Below are positions 29,620 to 39,248 of a stretch of 64,000 nucleotides of DNA, in pieces. How positions within the stretch are numbered: the stretch's first letter is position 1; every line of letters starts with the position of its first letter. A program made the translations under genes and the position numbers. The DNA lies in assembly GCA_003216835.1 (NCBI GenBank), contig QCIF01000007.1:5385-69384 (forward strand). Direction: 5' to 3'. The notes below the pieces were generated by a model, which ran no database searches, was not told where the DNA came from, and saw only the letters and a list, made by a program, of their open reading frames with translations. This DNA is from Prochlorococcus sp. AG-402-K10 (lineage in GTDB: Bacteria; Cyanobacteriota; Cyanobacteriia; PCC-6307; Cyanobiaceae).

Positions 29620-30987
29620 TTAAAGAAGACCTACAGGATCTGCCGCAACATCATCTGAAATTTTATTCCCACCACCAGGCTTCTTATCTTTCAAAACTAT
29701 CCTTAAAAGAACAGGAGCAAGAAATGTAGTGCCAATAACCATTAATAAAATAGCCGCTTCAAGAGAAGGAGTTAAGAGACCAGCGCTTGTCCCTAAACCA
29801 AGAAATATTAATCCTACTTCTCCTCTTGGCATCATCCCTAAACCTACAACCAATCTATTGGTAGGCTTATCACTTGAAAATACCCATCCGGCCGCAATCT
29901 TTCCAATAATTGCAACAACTAATAAAAATCCAGCAACTACAAGCGCAGACCTACTTGTTGGATCAAGTGGATTTATAACTGATAAATCCATCCCAGCCCC
30001 TACTAATACGAAAAAGATAGTTGCAAATAATGATACCAATGGTAAAACGGATTGTTGAATTGCATGATTATTTTTAGAGCTACTAAGAATTAATCCAGCT
30101 GCAAAAGCTCCTAAAGCTGCTTCTAATCCTATGGCTGTCGCAACAAAACAACATAAAACTAATATCACAAAAGATGCAACTACTACAGCTCCAGGTGCTT
30201 TTAATCTATCTAAAAGCCAATCAAACCCAGGAGCTGCTGTACGACTTAATGCAATAGCAGCAATAACAAATACAACAGCTGCTGCAACTAATTTAACTAT
30301 AGGAGCTATTTCTAAAGAACCTCCAGCAGCAAGAGCCACAACAACTGCAAGAATAACAATTCCTAAAATGTCGTCCAAAACTGCCGCGCCAATCACTATT
30401 TGACCCTCTCTAGTTTTCAAATATCCCAATTCCCCAAAAACACTTGCAGTAATTCCTATACTCGTTGCAGTCATAGAGGCCCCTGCGAAAACTGCTGGAA
30501 TTAAATCAACCTGAAAAATAAACATTAATCCGAGTGTTCCGAAAGCAAAAGGCAAAATGACCCCAGCCATAGCAACTGTAAAAGCTTGAGCACCAACAGC
30601 AACTAATTCCTCTAACTCACTCTCTAATCCTGTTAAAAATAGAAGTGCGTACAAACCTAGTGTTGCAACTGCTTGAAGAGAAGGAAAACTTTCAAAATAA
30701 ACATCTGGTACTGCTTCAGGAGGTATTGAAGCTAAAGAACTAATAATATTTATTAATCCTTGATTTAATTCAGTACCAGCTGAAGGGGGAATGAGTAAAT
30801 GAAAACCTGAAGCTCCTATTACAACCCCTGCCAAAAGCTCTCCCACAATAGTAGGCAAACTTAATCTAACCAAGACTTCTGCTAATGCTCGTGCAGCTAA
30901 AAATATCAGTAGAAATCTAATAACTCCTATGAGCGTCTCAGCAACTTCTAAATCATGGGCACTTAATTCAGCAAGTAATGAATACAT
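29620..30987 (-). CDS. CPA2-family cation:proton antiporter (NhaS-like Na+/H+ antiporter)
   Basis: GLES, ATSIGIT, LDDILG, GAFAAGL, GMMPRGEVGL; about 12 TM helices. Confidence 0.9.
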   Translation of the reverse strand: MYSLLAELSAHDLEVAETLIGVIRFLLIFLAARALAEVLVRLSLPTIVGELLAGVVIGASGFHLLIPPSAGTELNQGLINIISSLASIPPEAVPDVYFESFPSLQAVATLGLYALLFLTGLESELEELVAVGAQAFTVAMAGVILPFAFGTLGLMFIFQVDLIPAVFAGASMTATSIGITASVFGELGYLKTREGQIVIGAAVLDDILGIVILAVVVALAAGGSLEIAPIVKLVAAAVVFVIAAIALSRTAAPGFDWLLDRLKAPGAVVVASFVILVLCCFVATAIGLEAALGAFAAGLILSSSKNNHAIQQSVLPLVSLFATIFFVLVGAGMDLSVINPLDPTSRSALVVAGFLLVVAIIGKIAAGWVFSSDKPTNRLVVGLGMMPRGEVGLIFLGLGTSAGLLTPSLEAAILLMVIGTTFLAPVLLRIVLKDKKPGGGNKISDDVAADPVGLL

Positions 30988-31141
30988 TTAAAATGTGAAA
31001 AACTAAACTATCTAATTGGAAGATAGTTTATTGAGGGCCCACTTTGAATAAGTATGTAAAAAAAAGCAAAAATACTCAACAAGTGTGGATCTGAAGTTAC
31101 AACAAAGAAATTATCTTAAAAATGGCTATTGTCATGTTTAT

Positions 31142-33688
31142 ATGGCTAATCAAATGAAATCCAACAAACCCTTCGATCTTCGCTTGCCTACTCCCGGATG
31201 CTACTTAGATCCTGAGAAAGCTGGCATGGATGCTGATGCTGTATTTCAAGGGATGACGGCCCATCTTTTCTATACTCTTGGTAAGTTAGCTACCTCTGCA
31301 AGTCCTCACGATTTATATATGGCTTTAAGTTACGCAGTTAAAGATAGACTAATGACAAGGTATTTAGCTAGTCAAGAAGTTATAAGAAAAAAGCCTCAAA
31401 AAACTGTAGCTTACTTATCAGCAGAATTCTTAATAGGTCCACAATTAAGTAATAACCTATTAAATCTTGGTATAACTCAAGAAGCAGAGGATGCCTTAAA
31501 GAGATTTGGGATAGAATCATTATCCACAATTTTAGAAGTCGAAGAAGAACCAGGCCTAGGAAATGGTGGACTTGGCAGACTTGCCGCATGTTATATGGAA
31601 TCTTTAGCTTCTTTACAAGTGCCAGCTGTGGGTTATGGTATTCGCTATGAATTTGGAATATTCAATCAGTTAATTAGAGATGGATGGCAAGTTGAGGTTA
31701 CTGATAAATGGCTAAAGGGTGGATGGCCATGGGAATTACCACAACCTGATGAATCATGTTTCGTTGGTTTTGGAGGCAGAACTGAAAGTTATAGAGACGA
31801 TAAAGGAAACTACAGATCGAGATGGATACCTTCCGAGCATGCTATTGGAGTTCCTCATGATGTTCCAGTATTAGGCTACAGGGTGAATACTTGCGACAGA
31901 TTAAGATTATGGAGAGCAGATGCAACTGAAAGTTTTGATTTTTATGCTTTTAATATTGGTGATTACTATGGAGCAGTTGAAGAAAAAGTTGCATCAGAAA
32001 CACTCTCAAAAGTTCTATATCCAAATGATGGGACTGATGAAGGTAGAAGACTAAGACTCAAGCAACAACATTTCTTTGTAAGTTGCTCTTTACAAGATAT
32101 GTTGCGAAGTCTTGAAAAAAGATCTATCCCCATAACAGAATTTCCTAATCATTGGACAGTTCAATTAAACGATACTCACCCTGCAATTGCAGTAGCTGAA
32201 TTAATGCGCCTACTAATTGATCAATACCATGTAGGTTGGGATGAAGCATGGAACATTACAAATTCATCAGTAGCTTATACAAACCATACATTACTTCCTG
32301 AAGCCTTGGAAAAATGGGATTTGGCTTTATTTAATGATCTCCTACCTCGTCATTTAGAAATTATTTATGAAATCAATTGGAGATTCCTACAACAGCTCAG
32401 ACTACGTTATCCAGGTGATGACAAAATACTTCAAAAGTTATCAATAATTGATGAAGAAGGTTCTAAGTCTGTAAGGATGGCACATTTAGCCACTATTGGA
32501 GCACATCACATCAATGGAGTAGCAGCACTTCACTCAGATTTAATAAAAAGACAACTTCTTCCAGAGTTTGCAGAACTTTGGCCTGAGAAATTTACTAACG
32601 TTACTAACGGCGTCACTCCAAGAAGATGGGTAGCACTAGCCAATCCATCTTTAACTAGCCTTTTAGAGAACGAAGTTGGTCCTAGTTGGATAACCAATAT
32701 GGAACTTTTAAAGAATCTAGAAAATAAACAAAACGATACAAGCTTTTTAAAGAAATTTGAAGAAACGAAATTAACAGGTAAACGTAAACTTGCTAGTTTT
32801 ATTCATTCCAAAACTGGTATCGTTGTTGATCCATTCAGTTTATTTGACGTTCAAGTAAAAAGAATTCATCAATACAAAAGACAGCATTTAAATGCTTTAC
32901 AAATTATTGCTCAATATTTGAGGATTAAAAACGGCACAATCAACAATATAGTTCCAAGAACAATAATATTTGGAGGGAAAGCCGCACCAGGATATTTCAT
33001 GGCAAAATTAATGATTAGGTTCATTAATGGTATTGCCGATGTAGTGAATTCAGATCCAGATATGGATGGTCTTTTAAGAGTTGTATTTTTACCGGATTAT
33101 AATGTAAAACTTGGAGAAATCGTATATCCTGCAACCGATCTATCTGAACAAATTTCTACAGCAGGTAAAGAAGCGTCAGGAACAGGAAATATGAAATTCG
33201 CAATGAATGGAGCCTTAACTATTGGAACGCTTGATGGTGCAAATGTAGAATTAAGGGATCTTGTAAAGAAAGAAAATTTCTTTCTTTTTGGAAAGACGGA
33301 GAGTGAAATAATGAACTTAAAAAATAATGGTTATTCTCCTCAAACATTTATTGACGAGTGTCCTGAACTAAAAGAAGTCATTCGCCTAGTAGAAATTGGC
33401 CACTTCAGTAATGGAGATAAAGAATTATTTAAACCTTTATTAAACAGCTTGACTGGACATGATCCATTTTTTGTTATGGCTGACTTCAAAGAATACTTGA
33501 ATAAACAAGATGAGGTGAGTAAATGCTGGAATAATAAAACTGCATGGAATAAAATGGCATTATTAAATACTGCACGTTCTGGTTACTTTTCGTCAGATAG
33601 GTCTATTAGAGAGTATTGCGATTCTATTTGGAAGGTAGCTCCTATGCCTGTAGAAATTACTTGTGATATTGAAGAAGTAGCTAATTAG
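31142..33688 (+). CDS. glgP: glycogen/alpha-glucan phosphorylase
   Basis: LGNGGLGRLAAC, QLNDTHP, KRIHQYKRQ, EASGTGNMKF (PLP lysine). The start is likely ATG 31142 or 31154 rather than GTG 31085. Confidence 0.97.
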   Translation: MANQMKSNKPFDLRLPTPGCYLDPEKAGMDADAVFQGMTAHLFYTLGKLATSASPHDLYMALSYAVKDRLMTRYLASQEVIRKKPQKTVAYLSAEFLIGPQLSNNLLNLGITQEAEDALKRFGIESLSTILEVEEEPGLGNGGLGRLAACYMESLASLQVPAVGYGIRYEFGIFNQLIRDGWQVEVTDKWLKGGWPWELPQPDESCFVGFGGRTESYRDDKGNYRSRWIPSEHAIGVPHDVPVLGYRVNTCDRLRLWRADATESFDFYAFNIGDYYGAVEEKVASETLSKVLYPNDGTDEGRRLRLKQQHFFVSCSLQDMLRSLEKRSIPITEFPNHWTVQLNDTHPAIAVAELMRLLIDQYHVGWDEAWNITNSSVAYTNHTLLPEALEKWDLALFNDLLPRHLEIIYEINWRFLQQLRLRYPGDDKILQKLSIIDEEGSKSVRMAHLATIGAHHINGVAALHSDLIKRQLLPEFAELWPEKFTNVTNGVTPRRWVALANPSLTSLLENEVGPSWITNMELLKNLENKQNDTSFLKKFEETKLTGKRKLASFIHSKTGIVVDPFSLFDVQVKRIHQYKRQHLNALQIIAQYLRIKNGTINNIVPRTIIFGGKAAPGYFMAKLMIRFINGIADVVNSDPDMDGLLRVVFLPDYNVKLGEIVYPATDLSEQISTAGKEASGTGNMKFAMNGALTIGTLDGANVELRDLVKKENFFLFGKTESEIMNLKNNGYSPQTFIDECPELKEVIRLVEIGHFSNGDKELFKPLLNSLTGHDPFFVMADFKEYLNKQDEVSKCWNNKTAWNKMALLNTARSGYFSSDRSIREYCDSIWKVAPMPVEITCDIEEVAN

Positions 33689-34136
33689 TATTTCCCTTAT
33701 CGGGAAAGTCTGGAGTCTGATGAAATAATCTGTTTAATATTAATCTATCTACATTGAGGGGATCAGGAGCCAATTCTTTAGCAATTTCTCTAAATTTCAA
33801 TTCTACATTTTTAGTAACTCTAGTATCAAAAATTCTCTCCATTAAAGCCTCAATTGCATATAAATAGGCATTAACATTTTCAAGTTCATCTATAGCTTCA
33901 GTAATTTCTATCTCAGGTATATCTTTATCATCTATAATTGAATCTTCATTCAACTTTCTCGCTGATAACTGTTTGTGTAATTCATCCGTAACTTTATTGC
34001 AAAGAGTTCTAAATGATTGAATTGATGCCCAATTTAATTCTTGTTGCTGCTTAAAAGTGGGAAATTCTCTAATAAGACGATCATGCTCTCTATAAAATCT
34101 CTGACAGTCAGAGCATTGACATGGTTCTTCAGTCAA
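33681..34136 (-). CDS. hypothetical protein with N-terminal CxCxxC motif
   Basis: MTEEPCQCSDCQRFY; predicted helical; 8-nt convergent overlap with glgP. Confidence 0.75.
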   Translation of the reverse strand: MTEEPCQCSDCQRFYREHDRLIREFPTFKQQQELNWASIQSFRTLCNKVTDELHKQLSARKLNEDSIIDDKDIPEIEITEAIDELENVNAYLYAIEALMERIFDTRVTKNVELKFREIAKELAPDPLNVDRLILNRLFHQTPDFPDKGNTN

Positions 34137-34167
34137 AAGAATAAATAATTCTTCCTATATCATCTCA

Positions 34168-34500
34168 TTATTTGGGCATAATTGTAGGACCATCCAATAA
34201 TTCGTCATTTTCATCAAGCGAATCCGGACTATCTGGTAAAGGTATTTCAATACTGGTAACCAAGTTAATCACATCTCTTAATCTCATAGAATCTGCAAAC
34301 CATCCCATTGCTTGTTCAGCATCTCCTCTTTTTTCTGCATCATTTGCCTGGTCTTCATGAGCTTCGGCCAGTAAGGTAAGCCAGCACAAACATCTCGCTT
34401 GGACTATTGAAAGGTCTAAATCATTAGGTTGCGATTTAGAAATACGTTCATGCTCTTGTTGAATTAAGAGCTTCAAACGCATATCATGCAACTTAGCCAT
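34168..34500 (-). CDS. conserved hypothetical protein (110 aa)
   Basis: MAKLHDMRLKLL...QARCLCWLTLLAEAHEDQA...QAMGWFADSMRL; fills the gap downstream of tRNA-Arg. Confidence 0.75.
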   Translation of the reverse strand: MAKLHDMRLKLLIQQEHERISKSQPNDLDLSIVQARCLCWLTLLAEAHEDQANDAEKRGDAEQAMGWFADSMRLRDVINLVTSIEIPLPDSPDSLDENDELLDGPTIMPK

Positions 34501-34578
34501 AAAAGATTTATTACTAATTACACGCTAGCTAGAGAGTGGCAATATTGCACACATACTACATATAGTTTATTACTTTAA

Positions 34579-34652
<74 letters not shown>

Positions 34653-34690
34653 AATAGATGTTTTTTAGAGTAATAAGCATTATGCTAGAT

Positions 34691-35067
34691 GAAAGCAGGA
34701 GAGGCAATCGCAAAAATGTTTTATTTCGATTCCAAAATAAAACATTTTTGAGGAAAGTCCGGGCTCCCATATGGTCAGGCTTGCTGGGTAATTCCCAGTG
34801 CGGGCAACCGTGAGGATAGTGCCACAGAAACATACCGCCTAATACTTTTTTGTATGGCAAGGGTGCAAGGGTGCGGTAAGAGCGCACCAGCAACATTGAG
34901 AAGTGTTGGCTAGGTAAACCCCGGTCGGGAGCAAGGCTTAGTAGATTTATGACCATTACGCAATCTGCTTTTAAGCGCCGCTTGAGACTGTGAAGTAATT
35001 CCAGTCCTAGATAGATGATTGCCCATCTTAACGAAGATGAACAGAACCCGGCTTATGACCTGCTTTC
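34691..35067 (+). ncRNA. rnpB: RNase P RNA, bacterial class A
   Basis: GAGGAAAGTCCGGGC (CR-I), GATAGTGCCACAGAAA, GGTAAACCCC, AGATAGATGATT, AACAGAACCCGGCTTA (CR-V); P1 formed by GAAAGCAGG / CCTGCTTTC. Confidence 0.97.
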
Positions 35068-35096
35068 TACTTCATGTAAGTATTTATTTAATTCAT

Positions 35097-35837
35097 ATGG
35101 CAAGCTTAATTGATAGGACAAGAATTGATCAAATAATTACTTTTGTAAAATCATTAAATATTAACTCGCACAGATTACATGAAATGATAATTTCAGAAAA
35201 TCTAGAATCAATTCAAAATTTTAATGAAGCATTAACCCATTCTTCTGGTAACAAAAAAATTAATTACGAAAAATTAGAATTCTTTGGAGATGCAGTCCTC
35301 AGATTAGCAGCATCTAATTTTATAGAAGAGAACTACACACATATGAGTGTAGGGGATAGATCAGAGCTAAGGTCACTAATAGTAAGTGATGAATGGCTAA
35401 CTCAATTAGGTAAAAAGATTGATGTAGAAAAATTTATAATCAAAGGTCCCAAAGCTCTAAGCGATGAAAATGCAACAGACACTATTATTGGTGAAGCTAC
35501 TGAAGCGGTAATAGGTGCACTTTATAAGTGCTTCAATTCAATTAAAGAAGTCAATTTATGGCTAGATGAATTTTGGATAAAAGATTCAGAAGCCTTTTTA
35601 AAAGCACCATATAAATTTAATGCTAAATCAGCATTACAAGAATGGTGTCAGAGGAAGGGATTTGATTTGCCAGAATATAAAATCATGGAAGTCTCCAAGA
35701 TCCATGGAGATCCTAAAAGGTTCTCCTGTGAAATATATATAAACGGATCAAAAAAAGCCTATGCTTTTGGACAATCTCATAAAAAAGCAGAAAAAAATGC
35801 AGCTAGTATTCTAATAGAACAATTTATAGCAAGATAG
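35097..35837 (+). CDS. rnc: ribonuclease III
   Basis: YEKLEFFGDAVL signature, EAVIGA, dsRBD NAKSALQEW. The track start (35019) lies inside rnpB, so ATG 35097 is preferred. Confidence 0.95.
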   Translation: MASLIDRTRIDQIITFVKSLNINSHRLHEMIISENLESIQNFNEALTHSSGNKKINYEKLEFFGDAVLRLAASNFIEENYTHMSVGDRSELRSLIVSDEWLTQLGKKIDVEKFIIKGPKALSDENATDTIIGEATEAVIGALYKCFNSIKEVNLWLDEFWIKDSEAFLKAPYKFNAKSALQEWCQRKGFDLPEYKIMEVSKIHGDPKRFSCEIYINGSKKAYAFGQSHKKAEKNAASILIEQFIAR

Positions 35838-35850
35838 TAACAATCAATAT

Positions 35851-36036
35851 TCAAATTATTTCTAAATTAGTTAATTGAAAAGTTATGAGTTTATCCCAAT
35901 TACCACCTTCGAAAAGCACTGCTGCATTATTCTTAGTAACTCTTTGTACAAATCCCTTATATCCTCTATATATAGAATTATTATCTTTAACGACTACTAA
36001 TGCGCCTGGGAGTATAGGCTTACTCGAGGATTCCAT
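35851..36036 (-). CDS. ndhS: NAD(P)H dehydrogenase subunit NdhS
   Basis: ILPGALVVV...YRGYKGFVQRV...AAVLFEGGNWDKLITF. The real gene is the last 61 codons of track ORF 35851..36285; the rest is antisense to rimM. Confidence 0.92.
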   Translation of the reverse strand: MESSSKPILPGALVVVKDNNSIYRGYKGFVQRVTKNNAAVLFEGGNWDKLITFQLTNLEII

Positions 36037-36061
36037 AAAATAAATAAATACATCAAATATA

Positions 36062-36601
36062 ATGATAAATGAAAATGAATGGTTAGTTGTTGGATTAATA
36101 ACATCTCCACATGGAATTAATGGCAAAGTTAAAGTTAATTCTTTTAGCGATTTTGAAGAAAGATTTATAAAACCAGGTATTAGATGGGTGCAGAAAGAAA
36201 ACGAGTTTCCTGCAGAATTAGAACTTACTTCCGGTTTCAAACAACCAGGTAAAGAAACTTTCATCATTTCATTTAAAGGAATCAAAACCAGAAATCAAGC
36301 GAATAAACTTAAAAAATATAAAATTCTTGTCAAAACTAACATCCTACCCAAATTAAACAAAGAAGAATTTCACTTAATGGAACTTGTTAATTTAGAAGTA
36401 AAGATTTTAGAAAATAAAGAATTGAAAATAATTGGAAAAGTTATTAATTTAGAAAACGAGAAAAATAATTTGCTTGTTATTCAACTGTTAAAAAATGAAA
36501 AAAAGGTTTTGATTCCATTCGTTAAAGAAATAGTTCCATTAATTGATATCAAACATAATTTTCTAATAATTACACCCCCCAAAGGACTATTAGAACTATA
36601 A
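36062..36601 (+). CDS. rimM: ribosome maturation factor RimM
   Basis: [18 protein letters not shown]-x-A motif, [15 protein letters not shown]. Confidence 0.93.
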   Translation: MINENEWLVVGLITSPHGINGKVKVNSFSDFEERFIKPGIRWVQKENEFPAELELTSGFKQPGKETFIISFKGIKTRNQANKLKKYKILVKTNILPKLNKEEFHLMELVNLEVKILENKELKIIGKVINLENEKNNLLVIQLLKNEKKVLIPFVKEIVPLIDIKHNFLIITPPKGLLEL

Positions 36602-36643
36602 AATCTTTATATTTATAATATCTATAAAATCGAGTGAAGTTGC

Positions 36644-38539
36644 TTATTCAACAGTAACACTTTTGGCTAAATTTCTTGGTTGATCTACATCAAGTCCTCT
36701 GTGAGCAGCAATATGATAACTCAATAACTGGAGGGGTATTATATTAAGCAAAGGGGAAATCCATTCATTTGATTCAGGCATGGTCATTAAATAATCAAAT
36801 ATTTGAGTACCATTACATTTAGGAGCAATCCCAATCAAATATGAATCTCTCGCTTTTGCTTCTTGGGCATTACTAATAACTTTATCAAATACTTCTCCTG
36901 GGGAAGCAATTGAAATAACTGGTACCTTTTTATCCAATAACGCTATTGGTCCATGTTTCATTTCACCCGCAGGATACCCTACTGCATGTATATAACTAAT
37001 TTCTTTAAGCTTCAACGCTCCCTCAAGGGCAATGGGGTAATTTATACCTCTTCCCAAAAAAACAACATCTTTAATATTAAAAAAATCATGTGCAAGCTTT
37101 TCTGCTGATTGATTATGTTTCTCTATTAGATCTTCGAGTAAAGGAGGTAATTTATAAAGTTCAACAATTAATTTACTGATTTCCTCTTTACTTTTAGTTC
37201 CTTTGATTTGTGCAAATTGAATAGCTAAGCCATAAAAAGAGAGTAGTTGTGCGTAAAAAGTTTTTGTTGCAGCTACTCCAATTTCTATTCCAGCACCAAT
37301 ATCAATTATGTTTGAAATTTGTCTTCCAATTGAGCTTTCTGTTCTATTAGTTATAGCAATTAAATTAGGTTTAAAAGTTTCATCTTCTACTAAAGACCTT
37401 CTGGTGATTTCCATATTAATGGCTGCAATAGTATCGGCAGTCTCTCCAGACTGAGTTACTCCAATGGTCAAAACATTTGGTAGCAATGGAGGTGGTGAGT
37501 ATCGAAATTCGCTAGCATAAAAGACATTTGTAGGTATTCCAGCAAATTGTTCCAGTAAAAAGCTACCTACCATTGCAGCATGTTTGCTTGTACCACAAGC
37601 AATAATTTCAATCCTCTCAATTGATTCAAAAAAACTGGTATCGAATGGTAAATTAATCTGAAATTGACCATTTTTTGAATTTTTAATTAAATATTTTTCT
37701 AACCAATTTTTTGCTGTTTCCGGTTGATCATATATCTCCTTCAACATGTAATGTTTAAAGTTCATTTTATCTATTATTTGTTCTGATATGTTTAAAGAAA
37801 TTGGATTTCGATATTGCCTCTCGTTATTTGAGTCATAAATTTCTACACCCAGAGGTGTCAAAAGACCTATTTCTTCATCCTCCATAGGTAAAATTATATT
37901 CGTAAAATTAGCTATTGCTGGGGTATCACTTGCACACATAAATTCTCCTTCACCTAATCCAATAATTAAAGGAGCCTGCCTTCTTGCCACTACTAATGAA
38001 TTAGGAGCAGCAGCCCACAAAACTGCCAAGGCATATGATCCTTCTAGATCATTAATTACGTTTCTGACAGCTACTAATAAAGTCGAACCATTATTGTCAA
38101 GATTAAGTTTTCCTAAAGTATTTAATTCTCTTTGGATTAGATGTGGAATAACTTCTGTATCAGTATCAGAATTAAAAGCAATACCCTCTTTCTCTAACTT
38201 ATTCTTTAACTCTTGGAAATTTTCAATAATACCATTTTGGACAACTGCTACTTCCCCTGAGCTGTCAATATGAGGATGAGCATTTTTAACTTCTGGTTTT
38301 CCATGAGTTGCCCATCTTGTATGCCCTATACCAGTAGTTCCAGGAATATTATTTTTATTAAGTAGATTTTTTAAATTTTGTAATTTTCCTTCAGCCTTAT
38401 TACATGTAATATTTTGTGTTTCAGAATTAATTATGGCAATCCCTGCAGAATCATAGCCTCTGTATTCAAGTTTTTCTAAACCATTCATGAGTAATGGTAA
38501 AGCGTTTTTAAAACCTGTAACAGCGACTATGCCACACAT
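36644..38539 (-). CDS. glmS: glutamine--fructose-6-phosphate transaminase
   Basis: N-terminal MCGI (start 38539), LEYRGYDSAG, HTRWATHG, QSGET, KLKEISY, RNLAKSVTVE. Confidence 0.97.
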   Translation of the reverse strand: MCGIVAVTGFKNALPLLMNGLEKLEYRGYDSAGIAIINSETQNITCNKAEGKLQNLKNLLNKNNIPGTTGIGHTRWATHGKPEVKNAHPHIDSSGEVAVVQNGIIENFQELKNKLEKEGIAFNSDTDTEVIPHLIQRELNTLGKLNLDNNGSTLLVAVRNVINDLEGSYALAVLWAAAPNSLVVARRQAPLIIGLGEGEFMCASDTPAIANFTNIILPMEDEEIGLLTPLGVEIYDSNNERQYRNPISLNISEQIIDKMNFKHYMLKEIYDQPETAKNWLEKYLIKNSKNGQFQINLPFDTSFFESIERIEIIACGTSKHAAMVGSFLLEQFAGIPTNVFYASEFRYSPPPLLPNVLTIGVTQSGETADTIAAINMEITRRSLVEDETFKPNLIAITNRTESSIGRQISNIIDIGAGIEIGVAATKTFYAQLLSFYGLAIQFAQIKGTKSKEEISKLIVELYKLPPLLEDLIEKHNQSAEKLAHDFFNIKDVVFLGRGINYPIALEGALKLKEISYIHAVGYPAGEMKHGPIALLDKKVPVISIASPGEVFDKVISNAQEAKARDSYLIGIAPKCNGTQIFDYLMTMPESNEWISPLLNIIPLQLLSYHIAAHRGLDVDQPRNLAKSVTVE

Positions 38540-38618
38540 ATAAATATTTTTATTCAATTATATTGAAAAAAAATGAATATTTATTTTTTGATGGACTGTC
38601 TTAAAACTGCACTATAAA

Positions 38619-38885
<267 letters not shown>

Positions 38886-38999
38886 CTAGCTTATATAATA
38901 CTATTGTCTTACAAAGAAATTAAAAAAATTAAGATATGCTTCACTCTTGTTAACTCTAGGGCATAAAATTATATAGATAATTAGTAAATTCCATAAACT

Positions 39000-39242
39000 A
39001 TGTCACAAGAAGAAATCCTTCAACAAGTCTGTTCAATTGTTTCAGAGCAATTAAGCGTCGAATCAGGAGAAGTAAAATCAGATTCACACTTCCAAAACGA
39101 TTTAGGGGCAGATTCACTCGATACCGTTGAGTTAGTAATGGCTTTAGAAGAAGCATTTGATATTGAAATACCTGACGAAGCAGCAGAAGGTATCGCAACA
39201 GTTGGGGATGCTGTTAAATTTATCGAAGAAAAAAAAGGTTAA
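39000..39242 (+). CDS. acpP: acyl carrier protein
   Basis: [18 protein letters not shown]. Confidence 0.98.
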   Translation: MSQEEILQQVCSIVSEQLSVESGEVKSDSHFQNDLGADSLDTVELVMALEEAFDIEIPDEAAEGIATVGDAVKFIEEKKG

Positions 39243-39248
39243 TCTAGG

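Noticed and set aside
29729-30403. Antisense ORFs (109 and 90 aa) within the antiporter gene
   Set aside because: These are shadow frames of a hydrophobic Ala/Val/Ile-rich CDS, with no independent motifs
35019-35096. Extended rnc N-terminus
   Set aside because: It begins inside the RNase P RNA 3' end; ATG 35097 is the plausible start
36037-36285. 83-aa N-terminal extension of ndhS
   Set aside because: It is antisense to rimM; NdhS homology covers only the last 61 codons
38540-38618. glmS ribozyme upstream of glmS
   Set aside because: The gap to psaC is only about 80 nt, AT-rich, and has no conserved ribozyme core
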